A stretch of 41,288 nucleotides of DNA from positions 1-41,288 of the forward strand of contig CAXNGL010000002.1 of NCBI GenBank assembly GCA_964201515.1. Direction: 5' to 3'. Shown piece after piece: positions 20,501-28,252 of this stretch. The translations under genes and the position numbers were made by a program. Below the pieces are notes generated by a model. That model searched no databases. It was not told the DNA's origin and saw only the letters and a list, made by a program, of their open reading frames with translations. This DNA is from Burkholderiales bacterium (GTDB lineage: Bacteria; Pseudomonadota; Gammaproteobacteria; Burkholderiales; SG8-39). How positions within the stretch are numbered: position 1 is the stretch's first letter; every line of letters starts with the position of its first letter.

Positions 20501-23500
20501 AAGCTGCCCGTGCTACCGACTGCAGTCGGATTACCACCGACAGTTGGCGCAGTCGCGCTCATTGCCGCGACGCCCTGGATATTGTCGCCATTGGGCGTAT
20601 TCGCCGGCACGGCGCCCAGGTTGGGTATGAAGTTGTAGCCCAGCGCACCGCCGTAGGCATTGGCAGCGCCAAAGCCGCCGGTGATGCCGCCATTCCACGT
20701 TCCCGCCGTGCTGCCACCAGCCGGGTTCGGAACCACGCAACCCGCCCCCGTACAAGTGATCGTTGGGGCCAAGGCACCTGAGAGCGAGTCTGAGAAAAAA
20801 CCATTATTGTTGATCGGTACGCTAGGCGTCTGCGCATTCAGCGTCAGCACTCGCGCCCCAGTGAACGACAGATTCACGTTCGCGCTCGCGGTCTGCGCGG
20901 AAAAATCTGCCGCAATCGACGCCGAATTGAGCGTGCCGACGTTGCCAAAGGAGTCGCTCGGTTTGGTTGCGGAGACCAATGCATAGTTGGTCGTGCCGAT
21001 GAGCTTCTGGACCAAATTCAGTGCCGGATACTGGAACACCATCCAGCTGGCACTCCGCGACCCGAGCGCAATGGACTCAAGCAGCGTATTGCCGCCCGAC
21101 GTGCCAGTGTCAGAGTAGATGTCCAGGGTACCGCCCTGCCAGCGACCGATGTAGATGCTGTTGTCGGCTGCCTTGAAGGTTTCATTGGCGGTGCCCCCGG
21201 CAAATTTCACGTAGCGGCTCGGAAACGGGGTGGTCTTGGTGTCGGTGGTGGTGTCGGTGAAGTTGAAGCCCTTGGCATCGATTTCTTCGGCGACGCGAAC
21301 ATTGACCAGGTTCTTGGCGCCGTCAAGCACAAGGTTGCTGCCGGCAACAGTATTCTTGTTGTTCACGAACACGTTTTCCACACCGGCACCGCTGGTCTTC
21401 CTGCCCGCGATGAAGAAGCCAAAACCATTGGGCGGCGCGGCCACTGCCGGGTTGCTGTATTGCGCAATCGGCGCCTGGGCGGCAACGATGGCCGCCTGTG
21501 TGTTGACCGCCGTGGTGTCCGTGGCGGCCGATGCAGCATAGGACTGCGCATCATTGGCGTAACCAAAAACGGTTTGGGAAGCCGTGGTGTCGGTCGAAAC
21601 GCCGGCACCCGCCTTGGCGGCCTGCGCGGAACCAATTCCGGAGATGATGGGGGCGGCGGCGGCAAGCGCATTCACCGCGATGGTCTGCTGCTGCTGGGCG
21701 ATGGTCAGTTGCGCCTGCGCGCTGGTGAAGTTGCCGGCGTCCTGGAATACCTTGGCCTGCGCTGCTGCAGTGGCCGCCGCCGTGGCAGCGTTTTGCGCCA
21801 TGGTGAGCAGGCCCTGCGCCGGGGTTGTCGTCGGGACGCCCAGCGCGGTCGCCAACGGCGTGTACGTTGTCAGCGCGGTATTCGCCGCGGTCATGGCGGA
21901 GTTGACTTGCGACAGCGTGCTGCCGCTCACTAGCTTGGCGACGCCCAGCGAGTTCGCCAGCGTGGTGATGGTGCTGGCCGCGGATTGCACCGCCGTGTTG
22001 GCGTTAATCACATTGTTCTTGGCCGGGGTTGCCAGCGTGGCATCGGCGAAAGCGCCGTTGGCGGCGAATGCAGCATTGGCCGCATTGGTCGTTGCCAGCG
22101 CGCTGGCCGCCGTCGTGTTCGGGGTAGCGGTATTGATCGTCAGCGCATTGGCGCTGTTGAATGCCGTTTGCGCCGCCGTCACCGCGGTCGAGGCTGCGGT
22201 GACTTCTGTCGGCAGATTCAACGATCCAAGTCCGCCCGAATTCGTCACCAGCGTGCTGAGGGAGGCTGCTGCAGCGGCAGCTGCCGCAGCGGCAGTGTCC
22301 GCCTGGCTGGCAAATGCGCCCTGGGAAATGGGCGCCGCGGTCCCTGTGGAGGTCACCACGGTGTTCGACGTCGTATTGACGGTCAATCCGGATGAGCTTG
22401 TCAGTACGATCGGCGTGGTGGTTGCCGTGGTGGTGCTGGTTGACGATGAAGAAGACGAACTGCCGCCACCGGCGGAGACCGGGGTGACCGTGACGACGGA
22501 AGTCGTGGCCATGGGGGAGGTGACCGACGACTGCGTTGCTGTCTGGGATGCGGTGGCAACCTGGGTCGGGCTGTCGACGACGGAGGCTCGGAGCGGTTCG
22601 GCCTGTTGCTGCGCTGGTGCTGCAGCCTGCTGCTGGGCAGGCGCGGCGGCCGTGGCCGTCGATTCGCCAGCCTGTGCGGGCGCAGCACCCTGTTGCTGTT
22701 GCTGCTGGCCTTGCGCTCCCCCTTGTTGCCCGCCTTGTTGCCCGCCTTGCTGCCCGCCCGCCCCCCCTGCTGGCGGGGCCGCTGGCTTCGACCCCGGCGG
22801 TGGTGTCGCCCGGACCAAGTTGGTCCCGACGCCTGGAGGAAGGATGCTTGGGGCCTGCCCAAGCCGCACGACACCGATCTGGTTCGGGCTAACGGGGAGA
22901 GGAACGCCGACGCCGACGCCCCCGACTCGTTGTTGGATCGTGGACTGACCCACGTTGTTCTTGACCAACGTGGTGTTGGCGAAACTCGACAGTCCGCCAC
23001 CCGATCCGCCACCCGGAGGACCCGCCTGCGCCAGCAGCATCGGCACCAGCGTTTCCTGCTGCCCGATGAACAGCGGCGCGACATCCAGCTGCAATCCGGC
23101 CTGCGCCAGCATTGCCGGCATGGGCGCCAGCGAAACCGTGCCGGGGGGAATGTAGATAATCTCGTGATCGGTGCCCCGAATGCCCACCGTCGCCGTTGGG
23201 GTGTTGATCTTGAAATTTCCCTTGTTGATGCGTCCAAGGGCGCCGGTAATGCTGCGGAATCCGCCGCGCACCAGCGACAACAGGCCGCGTTCGCTGCCGT
23301 CTTCCTTGCCCGCCCACTTGTACTCATCGAACTTCATCTGCGTGTCCGGACGCACCGCGAGGTACCCCCCGTCCACCATCTTGATCTGCGCCGAACCGCT
23401 GCCGACGATGAGCGTGTCACCCTCGTTCACCTGGTCGCCCTTGGCAATGACGCGCGTGCCCTGCGCCGTAGTCAATCGCACATCGCCAATGGCGAATTGC

Positions 23501-23580
23501 ACGGTGCCGATCTCCGCTCGCGCAGACACTGCCGCCAATGCGAATACGGCCACGGATAGAATTCTCAGGAATGTCGACAT
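17530..23580 (-). CDS. giant secreted protein: FecR-like N-domain, low-complexity spacer, four TbpB-like handle+barrel modules
   Basis: ATG 23580 is preceded by GGAG. The signal peptide MSTFLRILSVAVFALAAVSARA/EIG has no lipobox Cys. A FecR-type segment follows (GTVQFAIGDVRL...GDTLIVGSGSAQIKMVDGGYLAVRPDTQMKF...TPTATVGIRGTDHEI). Then comes a Q/G/A/S/T-rich region of about 530 aa. Four repeats each end in a pattern of the form G-T-A-x-Y...G-x-L-N-x-A-x-L-x-x-N-F...G-G-F-x-G...G-V-x-A-F. Confidence 0.85.
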   Translation of the reverse strand: MSTFLRILSVAVFALAAVSARAEIGTVQFAIGDVRLTTAQGTRVIAKGDQVNEGDTLIVGSGSAQIKMVDGGYLAVRPDTQMKFDEYKWAGKEDGSERGLLSLVRGGFRSITGALGRINKGNFKINTPTATVGIRGTDHEIIYIPPGTVSLAPMPAMLAQAGLQLDVAPLFIGQQETLVPMLLAQAGPPGGGSGGGLSSFANTTLVKNNVGQSTIQQRVGGVGVGVPLPVSPNQIGVVRLGQAPSILPPGVGTNLVRATPPPGSKPAAPPAGGAGGQQGGQQGGQQGGAQGQQQQQQGAAPAQAGESTATAAAPAQQQAAAPAQQQAEPLRASVVDSPTQVATASQTATQSSVTSPMATTSVVTVTPVSAGGGSSSSSSSTSTTTATTTPIVLTSSSGLTVNTTSNTVVTSTGTAAPISQGAFASQADTAAAAAAAAAASLSTLVTNSGGLGSLNLPTEVTAASTAVTAAQTAFNSANALTINTATPNTTAASALATTNAANAAFAANGAFADATLATPAKNNVINANTAVQSAASTITTLANSLGVAKLVSGSTLSQVNSAMTAANTALTTYTPLATALGVPTTTPAQGLLTMAQNAATAAATAAAQAKVFQDAGNFTSAQAQLTIAQQQQTIAVNALAAAAPIISGIGSAQAAKAGAGVSTDTTASQTVFGYANDAQSYAASAATDTTAVNTQAAIVAAQAPIAQYSNPAVAAPPNGFGFFIAGRKTSGAGVENVFVNNKNTVAGSNLVLDGAKNLVNVRVAEEIDAKGFNFTDTTTDTKTTPFPSRYVKFAGGTANETFKAADNSIYIGRWQGGTLDIYSDTGTSGGNTLLESIALGSRSASWMVFQYPALNLVQKLIGTTNYALVSATKPSDSFGNVGTLNSASIAADFSAQTASANVNLSFTGARVLTLNAQTPSVPINNNGFFSDSLSGALAPTITCTGAGCVVPNPAGGSTAGTWNGGITGGFGAANAYGGALGYNFIPNLGAVPANTPNGDNIQGVAAMSATAPTVGGNPTAVGSTGSFRSSIIYPVSISNGEVFLESTGRTAVANTALIRDASGNLVRVNGDTWNIFNGSAGAATQCTGVVTQCLNSTPSNASTTAIVSMGGGTVPSLGVGFNANGDKAATATLTETYADTTNGISFGRYLGGAVNASTVTGTFMDVLTNLGSNSVIWNTREVPSAIPIVGVFHYLPTFGTAPVDSLGNVGSLNRARLDVNFATQQVNPEVSITMNSQLVLRARAANVPITSSDFGFNVATGVGGGGLQVSCVGTNCAPPPVGSTNTYGYGGRIQGGLAGDNSANGAFFRYTFNNYYTSGMAVGATGGIPSGTQASTTINNNFINGMVAFNKGPEAAPAATPGVVYSTAFFAWPGTSTTTPTALSYTFGTNDNFVVNTLPQGTGTVDAQGNFLSVTEYDPNNTTPNFIKINGTPTPVSATPVTTGNGIVFGRYAGQTVSQGQAGTGTPLTIDGNLAGLGSFGTTSSSPTTLAKSIVGALQWIRGPELWPFYVSSILQGTASYPMIAASPATDQNGITSGTALGGGTATFGINFDKQSVSIGLSNIQVPANAGAGSMARTWNATANNIALNGDGQFNASNTSGTNPLADRSLTVTVTTSGATSTAQSAFGSIGGALSGSGGSGTSASGAFLSYAFGASDANNSGSHEHVNGVVAFGSPTFTANAGGNGGYGGTSALATQPYQIRLGTSGTTAGFDATTGIVRAAPTSISDRAFAINTSSLVGINGEVIDPGSVKYNSSNQPVAFDAVSRVVSGSSCSTAGSNCYTNEIPTYVSYSTSALTTAAGFAVPAVASAATIADFGRDATTGASWGRYTGGNFVVVDRITGTVLNAGAEFSAGNNRHFLYSGVQSGPTVLPVSGTATYSFVGGTNPTDNASSGNFVGTLNSATLAANFTAKTVDVGVNATVNGNTWAASATGVAIQKGVYFEVSREKGTGALGLACTNTGGACSGTLSGKVAGGFVGTTGQGAGMAYTFNSSTFTGSNITAVGQTVTGVAVFKR
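22721..22756. repeat. 12-bp in-frame tandem repeat x3 inside the giant gene (encodes GGQQ x3)
   Basis: Units ccttgttgcccg / ccttgttgcccg / ccttgctgcccg, followed by further CAG/CAA-rich sequence encoding poly-Q. Confidence 0.8.
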
Positions 23581-23730
23581 GGTGTCTCCGGCTTTCAAGG
23601 CGATACCCCGATCGGGGAATGGGTTTCTTTTTTCAGGCTAGACATTTCGCACCCTGGGGTCAATCGGTGCCATGCGCGGGAGCGGTCATAAGTCACGGCT
23701 CCGGATGATGGCGACCAAACGACTCGATGC

Positions 23731-25080
23731 CTACAAACTGAGGTCGCGGCGCAGGGTGAGCGAGATCTCGTTGCGCTCATAGGCGTAGATCGGGATGCTC
23801 GAGATGTTCTTCGAGTACGTCCACTGCGGCTTGAGCGTCCAGTCCTTCTCGAAGCGCCAATTCACCCCCAGCGAGAGGTCGCGCTGGTCGTCGCGCCGGA
23901 AGGCCAGGAACGCCGTGTTCTGCCGCTCGTAATGCGCGCGCTGGTTGGTCGCCACCGCAAACAGGTCCATGTCCTCGCGCAGCACCAGCTGCCCGCCAAT
24001 GCGGAATCCCTCCGAGCGCTTGGCGCCGTCGGCGCGGCCCGACGGGTCGCGCTCCTTGCCGAACAGGTAGTTGGCCAGCAGCACCGCCTGCCCGTCGCCC
24101 AGCACCCGCAGGTAGCCCAGGCCAGTGGTCGATGAATTGAAGTTGTTCACCATGTTGGCTGCGCTGGTAAAGCGGTTGCGCGAGAACTGGCTGAACGCAC
24201 TCAACTGGTTGGCCGGGTCGATGGTGTACTTCCACTCGCCCGACATGCCCTCGGAGCGCCGGCTCAGGTCATTGTCCAGCGTGTAGCGACCGCTTTGCCC
24301 GGCGATCTTCAACTGGTTGGTCGCCTCGCCCACAGACACCCCGCCGCGCATGTCCACGCTGCCGTTGTCGAACGTATCCTGGGTGAAGTTCATGCGCTGG
24401 CGAAAGTCACCGCCCACAAAGGCCCCCAGGCCCGGCGTGAACTGGTAGGTATATTCCGCGCCCGCACCCACCGCCTTGAAGCTGTCGCCGCGCTTCAGGT
24501 TGGTCGGGTTCAGCGTGAAGGTCAGTCCGCCCAGCGCCGGCACCGCGATGTTGGCCTGCGAGCCCGAGTTGTTCACGTTGGTATCGTTGCCGATCTGCAA
24601 CTCGACATAGCCGCGCAGCGTGCGCTTCTTGGCGCGCTCGATCTTGTCGATGGCATCCAGATAGGTCGTGATCACCGTCTGCGCCTGCTGTGGCGGGTTT
24701 TGTTCCCTTACGGCAAGGAATTCCGTCTTGGCCCGCTCGGCATCACCCAGCTGGAAGTAGGCGCGCGCCATGTCCAGGCGGGCACCGGCAAAGTTCGGGT
24801 TCACTGCCAGCACGCGCTCAAAAGCGAGCGTCGCCTTGTCGGACTTCCCGGAATCCAGCGCCGCCACTCCCAGCGCATAGTCGAACTCCACGTTGCCGGC
24901 GAACTTGTCCTCGAACGGCAGCAGGTAGTCGTAGGCTTGTGCAGGCTTGCCCTGGTTCAACAGCTCCTGGGCGCGCGCAACTTCAGCTTGCTGGGCCTGC
25001 GCAACATGGCCTGCCCCTAGCAATAGAAGAAGCGATACCGTCACTACTGCGCGAAAAATATTCACCCGCGTCGAATTCAT
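23731..25080 (-). CDS. TPR + beta-barrel outer-membrane protein, Slam/DUF560-like (putative type XI secretion translocator)
   Basis: ATG 25080 is preceded by GGAG. The signal peptide is MNSTRVNIFRAVVTVSLLLLLGAGHVAQA. About 150 aa of TPR-like repeats follow (AQELLNQGKPAQAYDYLL..., ATLAFERVLAVNPNFAGARLDMARAYFQLGDAERAKTEFLAV). The remaining roughly 290 aa show the alternating amphipathic strands typical of a barrel (YVELQIGNDTNVNN..., WRFEKDWTLKPQWTYS). The size and architecture match Slam as I recall it, and the gene sits directly upstream of a TbpB-barrel-like cargo gene. Confidence 0.6.
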   Translation of the reverse strand: MNSTRVNIFRAVVTVSLLLLLGAGHVAQAQQAEVARAQELLNQGKPAQAYDYLLPFEDKFAGNVEFDYALGVAALDSGKSDKATLAFERVLAVNPNFAGARLDMARAYFQLGDAERAKTEFLAVREQNPPQQAQTVITTYLDAIDKIERAKKRTLRGYVELQIGNDTNVNNSGSQANIAVPALGGLTFTLNPTNLKRGDSFKAVGAGAEYTYQFTPGLGAFVGGDFRQRMNFTQDTFDNGSVDMRGGVSVGEATNQLKIAGQSGRYTLDNDLSRRSEGMSGEWKYTIDPANQLSAFSQFSRNRFTSAANMVNNFNSSTTGLGYLRVLGDGQAVLLANYLFGKERDPSGRADGAKRSEGFRIGGQLVLREDMDLFAVATNQRAHYERQNTAFLAFRRDDQRDLSLGVNWRFEKDWTLKPQWTYSKNISSIPIYAYERNEISLTLRRDLSL

Positions 25081-25387
25081 GCAGTGCTCCATCCTCTGAA
25101 TTGTCGTTCTCGTTATTAGTCGAACCACCCAAGCATGGCAATCATGGTAGCTCCAGCATTCATTCTTGCCCATTCATTGCCTCCTTGCCGAGGAAGGCTG
25201 CACTTGAGTGTACGCCCCCCCCCTCCCGACACTCAATCAAAGCAGTCGCGTTATTCTCTATAATTTTGATGCTCGCAGTCTATGTTAAGTTTTGTTGTTT
25301 ATGTTGAATTTTAAAAAAGACCGGCTTCACGCCGCTACAATGATTCGCGCGGCCAGTTGGCCGGCCGCGAACAACTTCGCAAATTCC

Positions 25388-26266
25388 ATGAACAGCGGGT
25401 TATCCACAAGCAAGATCGTATTCATCGGTGCAGGTCGTCTCGCGACTGGCCTCTCGCTGGCGCTGCACGCCAACGGCATCGCTGTGCAGGCCATCACCAG
25501 CCGCAACCGTGACAAGTCACAGGCATTGGCATCCCGAATCCCGGGTTGCAGCACGATCGGAATGCAGGCAGCAGTCGATCTGGGCGATCTTGTGTTCATC
25601 GCAGTACCGGATGACGCCATTGCATCGGTGGCAGCGCAGCTGCGCTGGCGTCCGGGTCAATCTGCGGTGCATTGCAGCGGCGCCACGGAAATTGCGGTCC
25701 TGTCTCCCGCCCTCGAAGCCGGTGCTGCGATCGGCGGGTTCCACCCACTGCAGACATTCACCGACCCTGAAGTCGCGCTTGCGACACTTCCCGGATGCAC
25801 CGTTGCGCTGGAGGCGGAGCCTGAGCTGTTCTCGACACTGGAGCACCTGGCCAAGGCGATCGGCTGCCGCCCATTCGCCTTGCCCAAGGGCGCTCGCGCC
25901 CGCTATCACGCCACCGGCAGCTACGGCGCCCAGTTCATTAACGCGCTGCTGCTCGAGGCCAGCGCGGTGTGGGAATCCTTCGGCAAGGATCGGGAGGCCG
26001 CCGTGCGCGCCCTGCTGCCGCTGCTCAAAGGCACCATCGCCGCCATTGAGCACGATGGCCTGGCGCACGGGCTTGCCGGGCCGGTGTCGCGCGGCGACGC
26101 CGGCACCGTGCGCCGCCAGCTGGAGGGCATCGCGCAGGTGGGCGATGCGCAGGTCGCACTGTTTCGCCAACTAACGCGGCTGACGCTGCCACTGGCCATC
26201 GAACGCGGCTCACTTAGCGCGGTGCAGATTGAAGCGTTGCGGACGCTGCTTGAGGATAAGGACTAA
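25388..26266 (+). CDS. Rossmann-fold NAD(P) oxidoreductase (DUF2520-type)
   Basis: The ATG 25388 start gives MNSGLSTSKIVFIGAGRLATGLSLAL, a GxGxxA dinucleotide fold at the N-terminus. The C-terminal helical domain contains GPVSRGD. Earlier in-frame starts (25292, 25340) are possible. Confidence 0.6.
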   Translation: MNSGLSTSKIVFIGAGRLATGLSLALHANGIAVQAITSRNRDKSQALASRIPGCSTIGMQAAVDLGDLVFIAVPDDAIASVAAQLRWRPGQSAVHCSGATEIAVLSPALEAGAAIGGFHPLQTFTDPEVALATLPGCTVALEAEPELFSTLEHLAKAIGCRPFALPKGARARYHATGSYGAQFINALLLEASAVWESFGKDREAAVRALLPLLKGTIAAIEHDGLAHGLAGPVSRGDAGTVRRQLEGIAQVGDAQVALFRQLTRLTLPLAIERGSLSAVQIEALRTLLEDKD

Positions 26267-27602
26267 AGTCTTTTGGCAATTGAGGGCGCCGTGACAAGAC
26301 CACGCCCTTCAAACTCCCCCGCTTCAGGGGCCATTTCGGTAGTTCTGCTATGGCCGGTTGGAACGATTGCAATATTCCTTCTGCAACCGCAAACAGATCA
26401 ACCCTGCCCCACGCAATCTTCTTCGTCACCGCCGCGCCCTGCTCGTGGTTGTTCATGTAGCCACGCTGCCATGTCGTCGCAGGGTTTCCCGCAATCACAA
26501 TGCCAATCGACTCCGGCGTGTAGAAACAGGGCACCAGCCGGTCGGGGTCCTTCGAAGTCCCATAGGCCGCCGGGACGATGCCCTTTTCCAGCTGCGACGC
26601 AAGATCGATGTTCACGAAGCGACCGCGGAATTCGACGTCGCGGGCCAGAATCTTCGCCCGCTCGTAGAGGTAGTTGCGGATGTCGTTCTTGCTCCAGCCT
26701 TTGTCGGCGGCCAGCTTGGCGATCTGCGGGTTCATGATGATCAACGGGTCCCAGTGGGCAAACGCCACCGCCGTGTGCACCCAGTAGCCAAGAATGGCCT
26801 TGCCGAACACGTCGGCCATCGGGTCGAGGTAGCCCAGCAGGTCGTTGCCCTCCGAGCCGTGGCCGGCCATCGGCGCACTGGCGCCGATCATGCTTTGCAC
26901 CGTCACGCCGCTCTCGCCCTCCTTCAGTCCCCGCTCCATGCCGTAGGTGGGCCAGCCGATGGAGCGAACGAAATCCTCGGCTTCGGCGATGACGACATTG
27001 AATGGATTGCCGATGCCGGCGCGGTCCGTCTCGCCCGGCGGAATGCGCAGGCCGGCGATGTTGCGCGTGTACAAACGAAGGAAGCGGCCGATGGCGGTAT
27101 TGGCGCGACGCCCCGCGCGCATGACGCCGGTGCCGAAGTTGAAGTCGAGCGCCTGGGTCACCGGCCCGCTGATGACAATGAGCGGCTCCCATCCGGGCGT
27201 GCTGCCATGGTCCTCGATGCGGAATTCCGGATCGGCGACGGCATCGACCAGCGCCAGCAGCACCGGCATGTATTCGGGCAGGCAGCCCGACATCACGCCA
27301 TTCACCGCCACATTCCACACCGTGGCCTCGCGCCGCTCCGGCAACAGCACGCCGATGACTTCCTCCGGCTTGCGCCGGGTGTGCTGCATGAAGGCATCGA
27401 TACGCTCGAGCGTGGGCGGTATGACCGGCAGGCCTTCAGTCCACTGCTGATCGTAGAAATGCGCGTTGACTTCGTCAATGGATCCACGGAACACGACCTC
27501 GCGCGGCTTGTGCTCGCCGCCCCTGTGCGCGGGCGAGATCTTCACGTTGCCCAGCTCAGAGATGATCTGGTCGACGATGTCGTTGGCCACGCGCACAGAC
27601 AT
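26214..27602 (-). CDS. uncharacterised family protein, paralog A (462 aa)
   Basis: ATG 27602 (MSVRVANDIV...). It shares W-T-E/D-G-L-P-x-x-P-T-x-E-R-hydrophobic-D-x-F, AVNxVMxGCxPE and a C-terminal IxIhhAGxP block with the ORF at 28249..29277. It is transcribed divergently from the TGA-containing gene. Its 3' end overlaps the convergent oxidoreductase gene by 53 nt. Confidence 0.75.
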   Translation of the reverse strand: MSVRVANDIVDQIISELGNVKISPAHRGGEHKPREVVFRGSIDEVNAHFYDQQWTEGLPVIPPTLERIDAFMQHTRRKPEEVIGVLLPERREATVWNVAVNGVMSGCLPEYMPVLLALVDAVADPEFRIEDHGSTPGWEPLIVISGPVTQALDFNFGTGVMRAGRRANTAIGRFLRLYTRNIAGLRIPPGETDRAGIGNPFNVVIAEAEDFVRSIGWPTYGMERGLKEGESGVTVQSMIGASAPMAGHGSEGNDLLGYLDPMADVFGKAILGYWVHTAVAFAHWDPLIIMNPQIAKLAADKGWSKNDIRNYLYERAKILARDVEFRGRFVNIDLASQLEKGIVPAAYGTSKDPDRLVPCFYTPESIGIVIAGNPATTWQRGYMNNHEQGAAVTKKIAWGRVDLFAVAEGILQSFQPAIAELPKWPLKRGSLKGVVLSRRPQLPKDFSPYPQAASATLQSAPR

Positions 27603-27673
27603 TCGACAGGCATTCGTTGACGCGCCATCCCTGGCATGCAAACATCAATCCCATTCGGATGACCGGAGGTTGC

Positions 27674-28252
27674 ATGGCCAAAACCACGCTGTACTCGCCC
27701 ATCCCCGATGTATGGCTCGTCGATCCCGCGCTCGCCGCCAGGAAAAGCGAGGGAGTCAGGTTCCCCACCGGCAAGGTGATCGGCATTGTCGACAACGGCA
27801 AGCTGAAGAGATTCGGCGATGCGCTGGAGTGGCACCTGCGTGCGCGCGGCGCCCGCGACGTCATTCGCTGGAGCAAGCACTACCAGGATGGTGCCCCCGA
27901 CGACGCTCTGATCGCCGACATCGCCAGCAAGGTGGAGGCATCGGTGGTCGGCCTGGGCAATTGAGGAAGCTGCACGGCATGGAGTTGCCATGCCACCGCC
28001 AGGATCGACAACACCGGCATGCCCGTGGTCGTGCTCACCATTCCGCAATTCGAGACGGTGGCGAAGGTGTCCAACCGCGCCTACGGGGCGAAGCACGCCG
28101 GCCTGATGGTGGTGCGCGAGGATGTGGATGTGATCACGGGACCTGAACTGGATGCCGAAGCCGAGCGCGTGGCGCAACTGCTGCTGGGCGACGTCGAGAT
28201 GCAGTTCCCGCGCGGCGGTGCCGGCCTTATGTCCGGGGGCGCCAAACCATGA
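27674..28252 (+). CDS. probable selenoprotein with a U-G-S-C (UxxC) motif; TGA 27962-27964 read as selenocysteine
   Basis: ORF-track fragments 27617..27964 and 28019..28252 are in the same frame with only this TGA between them. GGAGG (27665-27669) precedes ATG 27674. Readthrough gives ...SVVGLGN-U-GSCTAWSCHATARIDNTGMPVVVLTIPQFE.... A hairpin starts 11 nt after the TGA. The terminal TGA overlaps the next start (ATGA, 28249-28252). Confidence 0.7.
27976..27994 (+). promoter_or_regulatory. SECIS-like stem-loop
   Basis: ggcatgg (27976-27982), loop agttg, then ccatgcc (27988-27994): a perfect 7-bp stem starting 11 nt 3' of the UGA. The loop G-U lies 20-21 nt after the UGA. Confidence 0.6.

Noticed and set aside
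21584-23559. Plus-strand ORFs of 454 aa and 317 aa, plus other-frame minus-strand ORFs, inside the giant gene
   Set aside because: These are shadow frames of a low-complexity Ala/Gln/Ser/Thr coding region, with no start context or motifs.
26214-26266. 53-nt convergent overlap of the oxidoreductase and paralog A 3' ends
   Set aside because: This may simply reflect a non-conserved C-terminal tail: paralog A extends about 70 aa beyond the last block shared with paralog B. I see no evidence for a functional element, so it is noted only as an annotation caveat.
26358-27620. 420-aa plus-strand ORF
   Set aside because: It is antisense to paralog A. Paralog A is supported by its clear similarity to the independently located paralog B.
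28019-28252. Stand-alone 77-aa gene starting at ATG 28019
   Set aside because: There is no Shine-Dalgarno. It is in frame with the upstream ORF across a single TGA, and the 54 nt between are stop-free and contain a SECIS-like hairpin. It is better explained as the C-terminal half of a selenoprotein.
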